Assembly: GCA_951406725.2 (NCBI GenBank)
Contig: OX597842.1
Coordinates: forward strand, 30,938,001-31,002,000
Direction: 5' to 3'
DNA from: Octopus vulgaris
Taxonomy: Eukaryota
DNA: 64,000 nt
This document shows, piece after piece, positions 54,938 to 64,000 of this stretch (its first letter is position 1; the number at the start of each line of letters is the position of its first letter). The notes beneath the pieces are model-generated. The model was not told the origin of the DNA. It saw only the letters and a program-made list of their open reading frames with translations, and searched no databases. A program made the translations under genes and the position numbers.

Positions 54938-55774
54938 CATCATCATCATCATCATTATCGTTTAACGTCCGCTTTCCATGCTGGCATGGGTTGGACGATT
55001 TGGGCTGAGGGCTGGCGATGATGATAATGGTGTACAATCACATGAACACACAAATGTCTCTTTTATCTTCCATCTTTTACTCATTAAATTGTTCCAGTCA
55101 TTTGGCTGTGGCCATGCTGGGGCACCTCCTTGAAGGGTTTTATTCAAACAAATCGACCCCAGGACACTTTTTTTAAAGCCTCGTACTTATTTTATTTGCT
55201 AAACCACTAAGTTATGATGGGCTTCTTTCAGTTTCCATCTACCGAATCCACTCACAAGGCTTTGATCATCCCAAGGCTGCAGTAGAAGACAGTTGCCCAG
55301 GGATGCCATGCAGTGGAACTGAACCCAGAACCATGTTGTTGGGAAGCAATTTTCTTACCCCACAGCCACGCCAGTGTTTATACATTCCAAGTTCAAATCC
55401 CACTGAGTCATCCCCTTTGTTTTTCATCCTTCTACAGTCAATAAATCAAAAGAACAACAAGGTTATTAACTTACACCCTTCCCTCTAAGAAACAATATTT
55501 TTTTCTTATCACCATAAAACACCCTCCCCACATTTTCTCTTCAAAATGTTGTCTTTTTGCTATCTTATTGTTATAAGTCATTTCCAACTCGTTTCCCTCT
55601 CCCCACCACTCCAACTGCCATCTGTTTTCTCAATGTTTTCTTTCTCTCAATTTGCCCCTTTTGTTGTTGTTGTTGTTGCTGTTGTTATTGTTGACTTTGC
55701 ACAGTTCTTTTGACTTCTTCGTGATTGTCCTTTAATAGCTTCTGACGTGAGACGGCCATGAAAATTGTGCTGAG

Positions 55775-55868
55775 CACGACGATGACGATGACAATAGTAA
55801 TGATGGTGGTGAGGCTGATGATGATGGTGATGATGATGATGATGGTGGTGATGATGATGATGGTAGTG

Positions 55869-55900
<32 letters not shown>

Positions 55901-56189
55901 GGTGGTGAGGCTGATGATGATGGTGATGATGATGATGATGGTGGTGAGGCTGATGATGATGGTGATGATGATGATGATGGTGGTGATGATGATGATGGTA
56001 GTGATGATGATGATGATGATGATGACGATGACAATAGTAATGATGGTGGTGAGGCTGATGATGATGGTGATGATGATGATGATGGTGGTGATGATGATGA
56101 TGGTAGTGATGATGATGATGATGATGGTGATGGTGGTGGTGATGATGATGATGATGATGATGATGGTGGTGATGATGATGATGGTAGTG

Positions 56190-56221
<32 letters not shown>

Positions 56222-56315
56222 GGTAGTGATGATGATGATGATGATGACGATGACAATAGTAATGATGGTGGTGATGCTGATGGTGCTTATGGTGATGATG
56301 ATTATAATGATGATG
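55775..56315. repeat. (GAT)n/(GGT)n array with ~230-bp higher-order unit
   Basis: GACGATGACAATAGTAATG recurs at about 55784, 56024 and 56246. Confidence 0.9.
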
Positions 56316-56534
56316 AAGGAATTAGTTGTTCCTGATTTGGTGGTGGTAGTACCTTGCTGTTGTTCTTCTCCTTCTTCTTCCCTCCTCTGCGCCCCTCCTC
56401 CTTCCCCCCTCCTCCTCCTCCTCCTCCTCCTTCGCCCCTCCCCTCTATTTCAATATTTCAAACAGACTTTCCAATAACAACTTTGTTTTCTTTAAATTTT
56501 CTGATTTAATTTACGATTGTCATCGTCTCCCCAC

Positions 56535-57053
56535 CCTTCTTCTTCTTCTTCTTCTTCTTCTCCTTCTTCTTCTTCTTCTTCTTCCTCCTCTTCTTCTTCT
56601 TCTTCTTCTTCTTCTCCTTCTTCTCCTTCCACTTCTCCTTCTTCTTCTTCTTCTTCTTCTTCTCCTTCTTCTTCTTCTCCTTCCACTTCTCCTTCTTCTT
56701 CTTCTTCTTCTTCTCCTTCTTCTTCTCCTTCTCCTTCTTCTTCTCCTTCTTCTTCTCCTTCTTCTTCTTCTTTTTCTTCTTCTCCTTCTTCTTCTTCTTC
56801 TTCTTCTTGTTTTTCTTTCATTTCTTCTCAATTGTTTTCTTACTCTTTCAACCTTCAAGTTTTTTCCTTCGTTGTTGTTGTTGGTGGTGGCCATAGTGGT
56901 GGTCTTCTTCTTTTTCTTCTCCTTGTTTTTTTTCTTCTACTTCCTTTCATTCTTCTTCTTCTCCTTCTTCTTCCCTCCGCCATCTCCTCCTCCTCCTTCA
57001 TCTCCTCCTCCTCCTCCATCTCCTCCTCTTCCATCTCCTCCTCCTCCTCCTCC
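56535..57053. repeat. (CTT)n/(CCT)n polypyrimidine arrays
   Basis: Direct reading. Confidence 0.95.
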
Positions 57054-57165
57054 TTAGTGAGTGTGTTAGATTATAAGGCACAAAAAGAAAATGACTCTCC
57101 CAGACACAACAGAATATATTCCTATACAGAATCTTGCAAACCAAATCCAAAAACAAAATATATAT

Positions 57166-57521
57166 ATTTGGCTGTGGCCATGCTGGAGCACCGCCTCTAG
57201 TCGAGCAAATCGACCCCCAGGACTTACTCTTTGTAAGCCTCATACTTGTTCTACAGGTCTGTTTTGCTGATCCGCTAAGTTACGGCGACGTAAACTTACC
57301 AGCATCAGTTGTCTAGCGATGGTGGGGAGACAGATACACACACATAACACACACACACACAAACATATTTACGATGGGCTTCTTTCAGTTTCCATCTACC
57401 AAATCCACTCACAAGGTTTTGGTTGGCCCGAGGCAATAGTAGAAGACACCTGCCCATGGTGCCACGCAGTGAGACTGAACTCGGCACCAAGTGGTTGGTA
57501 AACAAGCTACTTACCACACAG
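57166..57521 (-). mobile_element. S1 SINE, diverged
   Basis: Family match. Confidence 0.82.
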
Positions 57522-57528
57522 ACACTCT

Positions 57529-57559
<31 letters not shown>

Positions 57560-57720
57560 CAAGGCACATTGGGCAAGTGTCTTCTATTGTAACTGCTAGA
57601 ATAAGTACTAGGGCTTAAAAATAACTCCTGCAGTGGAATTATGTAGATGGATGGATGGATAGATATGTGTATATACACGCATATAAATATATATATATAT
57701 ATGTACATATGTGTATATAT

Positions 57721-58503
57721 ATCATCATCATCATTATCATCATTTAGCATTCGCTTTCCATGCTAGCATGGGTTGGAAGGTTCAACTGGGGTCTGGGAAG
57801 CCAGAAGGCTGCACCAGGCTCCAGTTTGATCTGGCAATGTTTCTACAGTTGGATGCCCTTCCTAATGCCAACCACTCCATGGGTGTAGTGGGTGCATTTT
57901 ATGTGCTACCGGCACAGGTGCCAGACGGAGCTTGCAAACATCCACGGACGGATAGTGCTTTTTACGTGCCACCGACACGGGGGCCAGGCGAGGTGGCAAT
58001 GGCCACGATTATATATATATATATATATATAGCCAGTACCGCAACGACTGGCCTCCGTGCTGAGGGCACGTAACAAACACCATCCGAGCGTGGCCGTTCG
58101 CCAGCCTCGTCTGGCACCTGTGTCGGTGACACATAAGAAAACACCATCCGAGCGTGGCCGTCCGCCAGCCTCGTCTGGCACCTGTGTCGGTGACACATAA
58201 GAAAACACCATCCGAGCGTGGCCGTCTGCCAGCCTCGTCTGGCACCTGTGTTGGTGGCACATAAAAACACCATCCGAGCGTGGCCGTCTGCCAGCCTCGT
58301 CTGGCACCTGTGTCGGTGGCACATAAAATCACCCACTACACTCTCGGAGTGGTTGGCGTTAGGAAGGGCATCCAGCTGTAGAAACACTGCCAGATCTGAC
58401 TGGCCTGGTGCAGCCTTCGGGCTTGCCAGACCCCAGTTGAACCGTCCAACCCATGCTAGCATGGAAAGCGGACGTTAAACGATGATGATGATGATGATGA
58501 TGA
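57721..58503. mobile_element. Head-to-head R1 3' UTR pair; plus copy has four 60-62-bp tandem repeats
   Basis: 57721-58008 minus, (TA)n, 58030-58503 plus. Confidence 0.87.
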
Positions 58504-58537
58504 TATATATATAAATATATATATATTTATATATATA

Positions 58538-58750
58538 ACATGAGATGCAGCACGAAGTTTTGTCAGTGAAGAGGTCGCGGTCTCAAAGCAACGAAAATAT
58601 TTTGACAAATTAAACTTAAATGTTGAAGTGAATTGAAAGGCTTTTGTGTGTTTCTTAAATGGCTTACAAACACCTTCCACGCTGCAATTGTTTTTGTTCC
58701 AGCACACGATCTCAGATCAAGTCACTTGCTATGCGAGTACATCTCTGTAA
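58538..58750 (+). mobile_element. PLE-like terminus with hammerhead-like fold (G3 variant)
   Basis: TTTGTCA-GTGAAGA-GGTCGC..GCAAC-GAAA-ATAT-TT-TGACAAA at 58559-58609; flanked by (TA)n. Confidence 0.5.
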
Positions 58751-58820
58751 TATATATATATATATATATAGGGTGAGGGAGAGAGAGAGGGAGAGAGACA
58801 TATAAATATATATATATATG

Positions 58821-58852
<32 letters not shown>

Positions 58853-59084
58853 CATATATATATATATATACACACAATATTTATGGTTTGTCTCATAAAG
58901 AGTGACACCTTTGCAAACAGCCAAGCCGCATATTAAAGTAAATATTTGGATTAGGTTTCTGTAAACACACACACACACAATACACACACAATACACACAC
59001 AATACACACATATTTCTGTGGCTGTGTATGTTTATATGCATCTGTTGTCACATCTTTAAAGGAAAGAATTGCACAGAGCAATAA

Positions 59085-59637
59085 ATAGTATTATTATTAT
59101 TAATAATAATAATAATAATAATATTGGTGGTGGTGGCGGTGGTGGTAGTGGTGGTGGTGGTTGTGGTGGTGGTGGTGGTTGTGGTGGTGGTGGTGGTGGT
59201 GTGGTGGTGGTGGTGTTTGTGGTGGTGGTTGTGGTGGTGGTGGTTGTGGTTGTGTTAGTGGCGGTTGTGGTTGTGGTGGTGGTGATGGTAGTGGTGGTGG
59301 TGGTTGTGGTAGTAGTGGTGGTCATGACAGTTGTGGTGGTGGTAGTGGTTGTGGTGGTGGTGGTGGTGGTGGTGGTGGTAGTGGTTTTGGTGGTGGTGGT
59401 CATGACAGTTGTGGTGGTGGTGGTGGTGCTGGTGGTATTGGTGGTAGTGGTGGTGGTGGTCATGACAGTGGTGGTAGTGATGGTGATGTGATGGTGGTGG
59501 TTGTGGTAGTCGTTTTGGTGGTGGTGGTGGTGGTGATGATGGTGGTGGTGGTGGTGGTGGTGGTGGTGGTGGTGGTGGTGGTTGTGGTAATGGTGGTTGT
59601 GGTAGTGGTGGTAGTGGTGGTTGTGGTGGTGGTGGTG

Positions 59638-59672
<35 letters not shown>

Positions 59673-60137
59673 GTTAATAGTCGTAGTAGTGGTGGTAGTA
59701 AGTTTCTAGAATTCATCAAAAGATGTTTTTGAAATAGTAATAAAATTATTAAATATATTATCATTATCATCATCACCACCACCACCACCATCATCGTCAT
59801 CATCATCACCACCACCACCACCATCACCACCACCACCACCATCACCATTATCATCATAATCGTCATCATTAATATTTTTATAGAATTATTAAAAAAAAGA
59901 AACAAAGAAAAATTAATTGAAAAACATTAAACTACTTAAATTATAAAATTAATAATTTATTCGTATTTTCCATTATTTCTGTTGTTTTTATCCTCATCAT
60001 CATCATCATCATCACCATTTTTGTTGCTGTTTACTTTAGAACTGTCCCCCAACGTTTTTCGGACTTTATGGTCAATAAAATAAGTTGATATTTCATCATC
60101 ATCATCATCATCGTCATCATTATCAATATTATTATTA

Positions 60138-60194
<57 letters not shown>

Positions 60195-60545
60195 TTAAAA
60201 ATACAAACCTTTAAATAATAAAGCAAATAAACTTATGAAATTAATCATTTTATTGCTTTTGCTATATTTATTATTATCATCATCATCACCATCGTCATCA
60301 TCATTATTATTATTATTATTATTATTATTAACATTATTAATTTTATTATTATCATCATCACCATCAATATTAATATTATTAATATTATTAATATTATTAT
60401 TATTAATATTATTAATATTATTAATATTATTATTATAAATATTATTAACATTATCATCATCGTCGTCATCATCATCAACATCATTATTATTTTTATTTTT
60501 TTATTATTATTATTATCATTTTTATTGTTATTATTATTGCTATTC
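59085..60545. repeat. (AAT)n, (GGT)n, (ACC)n, (ATC)n and (ATT)n arrays
   Basis: Direct reading. Confidence 0.92.
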
Positions 60546-60930
60546 TCTAATCTTAATTTTTGTTGCATGCCTTCCCTGCACTGCTGCGTGTGGCTCTGTG
60601 CACCCTTGGGTATTTACTGCGCTTTGTTTTAATGTTGATATTATCACAGTATTGAAAATACCCTCCTTTCAATTTCTGTGGTACCCAGCAGTGCCACTTC
60701 TCTATCTTGTATGTAGGCACAGTCCGTGGCTTTGTGGTAAGAGGCACGCTTCCCAACCACATGGTTCCGGGTTCAGTCCCACTGCATGGCACATTAGGTA
60801 GATATCTTCCACTATAGCCCAAGGCCGACCAAAGCCTTATGAGTGAATTTGGCAAATGAAAACTGAAAGAAGCCCGTTGTATACATGTATAAGTAACAAT
60901 GCTCGTTCTAAAATCTCATTAAGAGACTAA

Positions 60931-61359
60931 ATAATAATAATAATAATTGTGTACAGTGCTCAGGTGCACTACAACTCATCTAAAGTGTATATATAATCAG
61001 GTGTAGTTTCGGCGGATTTCGGAAAGCATGAGGCATGTCCACGTGTGTTAGACACAGGGAGATCAAAAAGGTGTTCAGTGTTGTTGTTGGTGAGGTGGTT
61101 GATAACTTTGTGGGTGTTTACCAAGTCCATCGCCAGACGCCGGAGCTTCAGTGAATCCATGCCCAGGGAAGCAAGGCGCTCAGAATATGGTAGGTGTCTG
61201 ATGGAGGGTATGCGTTTGGTTGCACGTCTCTGGACAGATTCCAGGAGGTCAATGTTCTGTGCAAGATAGGGGTTCCAAACTGATGATGCGAATTCCAAGT
61301 GTGGTCGTACCATCGCTGTATACAGTTTTAAATAGATGGCTGGAGAGCGGCTAACAAAG
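60931..61359 (-). mobile_element. CR1-clade LINE 3' end (C1) with internal deletion and (TTA)n tail
   Basis: LYTAMVRPHLEFASSVWNPY...LESVQRRATK...YSERLASLG...NTRGH; same 3' end as 49298-49431. Confidence 0.9.
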
Positions 61360-61383
61360 CGGAGTTTGTACTGACAAGTTTTT

Positions 61384-61724
61384 GATTACAAATATCTTGG
61401 GTCATACATATCATCATCTGGAAAAGATTTTCTTACTAGAAAGGGTATGGCCTGGTCAGCCTGTAATGACATGCATAAGATCTGGTCATCAAATCTAAGT
61501 AGAGACTTCAAACTTGAAATCTTCAAAGCCACAGTCGAACCAATTCTACTATATGGCTCAGAAACCTGGACGTTATCAAAGAAGTTTGAGAGGTGGTTGG
61601 ATGGAACCTACACTCGCCTCCTTATGAGAGCTCAAAATCTCTCGTGGAAGTGCCATCCAACCAAAATGCAAATATATGGGAAATTACCACCTGTGTCATC
61701 TCTTGTGAAAGGTAGGAGAGTCCA
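61384..61724 (+). mobile_element. RTE-clade RT/thumb fragment (family R2)
   Basis: DYKYLGSYISSS...IFKATVEPILLYGSETWTL...LDGTYTRLLMRAQNLSW. Confidence 0.88.
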
Positions 61725-62169
61725 GGGTCAATTAAATAGGTACCAGTTATGCACTGGGATCAATGTAATTGACTGGCCCCTCCCACCGGTCTGTCTGCCT
61801 TTAATTAGAATGGATTATTATTATCATAATCATTATGTCATTTTACACAAGGGTCCTTAAAGGTCTGAAACAATTTCAAGTTGAGTGGAGAGGGTGGTTG
61901 GTGGTGGTGGCCACTAGTTGTCTTCTAAATGCTACCCACTTGTAATTGGCCCCGTTTGATGGTTCAGTTTACAGTGGAAGACCCTCTCAAGATTAACCAA
62001 AGATCAAGGGGTTCTCACGACCTAAATAGTTCTACCGAGGAAATACCTCACATGCTTTGGTAATCACGTTCCAGTCTCTAAACAAACCTCACACACACAC
62101 ACACATCTCTCTCTCTCATATATATATGTATATATATGTATATAGATCCTTGTGGAGATAGGGATGATC

Positions 62170-62625
62170 GTAGTAATGGTGGTGGTGGTGGTGGTAGTGT
62201 TGTTGTTGTTGGTGGTAGTGGTGGTGATGATGATGAGGGGTTATTGTGGTGGTAGTGGTGGTGGTGGTGAGGGTGGTAGTGGTGGTGGTGGTGAGGGTTG
62301 TAGTGGTGATGATGATGATGATGATGGGGAGTTTATTGTGGTGGTAGTCGTGGTGGTGAGGGTGGTGGTGGTGGTGGTGAGGGTGGTAGTGGTGGTGGTG
62401 GTGGTGGCGAGGGTGGTAGTGGTAGTAGTGGTGATGATGATGATTGGGGGGTATTGTGGTGGTGGTGAGGGTTGTAGTGATGGTGGTAGTGGTGGTGATG
62501 ATGATGATGGGAGGTTTTTGTTGTTGTTGTTGTGGTGGTGGTGGTGGTGGTGGTGGTGGTGATGATGATGATGGGGGGGTTATTGTGGTGGTGGTGGTGG
62601 TGGTGGTGGTGAGGGTGGTAGTGTT
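62170..62625. repeat. (GGT)n array with recurring GATGATG-GGGG-TTATTG unit
   Basis: Direct reading. Confidence 0.9.
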
Positions 62626-63124
62626 GTTTGAAATTTTTTTTTAGATTCCTGGTAGGCAATGGTGGAGTCGGAGGAGGGTGTTCCCTTTTGTGGTGGTCAC
62701 TTGGAACGGGTTGGATGACTAACTGTTCATCTTTACACACACACATACACACACACAGACACATGTATATGTATATATTACATGAAAAATGCAGTGAAAG
62801 CTCCATGTGAATGCATTTATGTATGCGTGTGTGTTTGAATGTGTATGTATATGTATGTGTGTGTGTGTGTGTGTGTGTGTACGATTGAATGTTTATGTAT
62901 ATATGTGTGTGTATGTGTTTAATCTGTATGTATGTATATGTGTGTGTGTATGTTTCGATGTGTATGTATCTATATGTGTGTTTGTGTGAGCGAGTGTGTA
63001 TGTATGCATATGTGTGTGTGTGTGTGTTTCAATGTGTATACAAGTATGTGCTTGTGTGTGTGAATGCAAGTGTGTGTAAATTATATATATAAGAAATGTA
63101 GGGAAAAATCAGTGTGTGCATGTG

Positions 63125-63165
<41 letters not shown>

Positions 63166-63170
63166 CATAC

Positions 63171-63264
<94 letters not shown>

Positions 63265-64000
63265 TTATATATGTGTATATATATATATATGTATATATGT
63301 ATGTATGAATGTATGTATATATATGTGTGTGTGTGTGTGTGCATATACTATGTGTATATATATATTTATATATATTACATTATTGAAAACAAAGAAGAGC
63401 ATGGAGATTTATACATGTGTGTATATATATATATATGCATATGTATGTATGTATATGTATATATGTATATACATGTATATGCACGCACATATATATATAT
63501 ATACTCGCATAATATACATATGTATATACATAACACACGCACACTCACACACACTCACACACACTCACACACACTCACACACACTCACACACACTCACAC
63601 ACACTCCCACACACTCACACTCACACACACTCACACACACACTCACACACACACACTCACATACACACACACACACACTCACACACTCACACACACACAC
63701 ACATGGAGATAAAATATTCCATCTGCTAATTCCATTAACCTTTCATCACTGATACCATTTCGTCATTCTACAAACGGATGAAATACATGCACATTAACCA
63801 CTACACCCCATGATAGACTTAGGCACCCAGCGAGGGGCTTCACTACATCACTCAATGTCCATCGTCCGCTTCTCTCTTTGTGATTCCTTGATCTCGTTTC
63901 CGTTTCCTTGGTTACGGCTCTCTTGTCCATATATGGTCAGTTACGTGACAGGTGGTGCCTCGTGTTGTGGCTGTTTTTGTTTAGCCCCGGGTCAGTCTTG

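Overview
This is repeat-saturated animal non-coding DNA. The repeat families and extreme (TA)n/(CA)n/(GGT)n/(ATG)n density point to a coleoid cephalopod, probably Octopus; this is inferred from recalled repeat families, not from a database search. No intact host protein-coding gene is evident, and almost all ORF-track entries are translations of microsatellites or SINEs. Retroelements: about 25 full or partial copies of a tRNA-derived CORE-like SINE with an internal microsatellite, two other tRNA-SINE families, about 20 3' ends of an RTE LINE, CR1 and R4/Dong-like LINE ends, a solo LTR and several Penelope-like (PLE) termini. DNA elements: mariner (DD34D) and maT (DD37D) fossils, two hAT MITEs and a MULE/Foldback MITE. 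Four signals stand out. (1) Several minimal hammerhead-ribozyme folds (one canonical, the rest core variants), often at the centre of fold-back palindromes in (TA)n. (2) An iterated H-type pseudoknot with covarying stems in the RTE 3' UTR. (3) A relic of tandem phase-1 exons separated by 64-bp introns at 32.7-33.7 kb. (4) Isolated cis-regulatory candidates (CTCF, DR4, M-box and GATA clusters). All structures were folded by eye.
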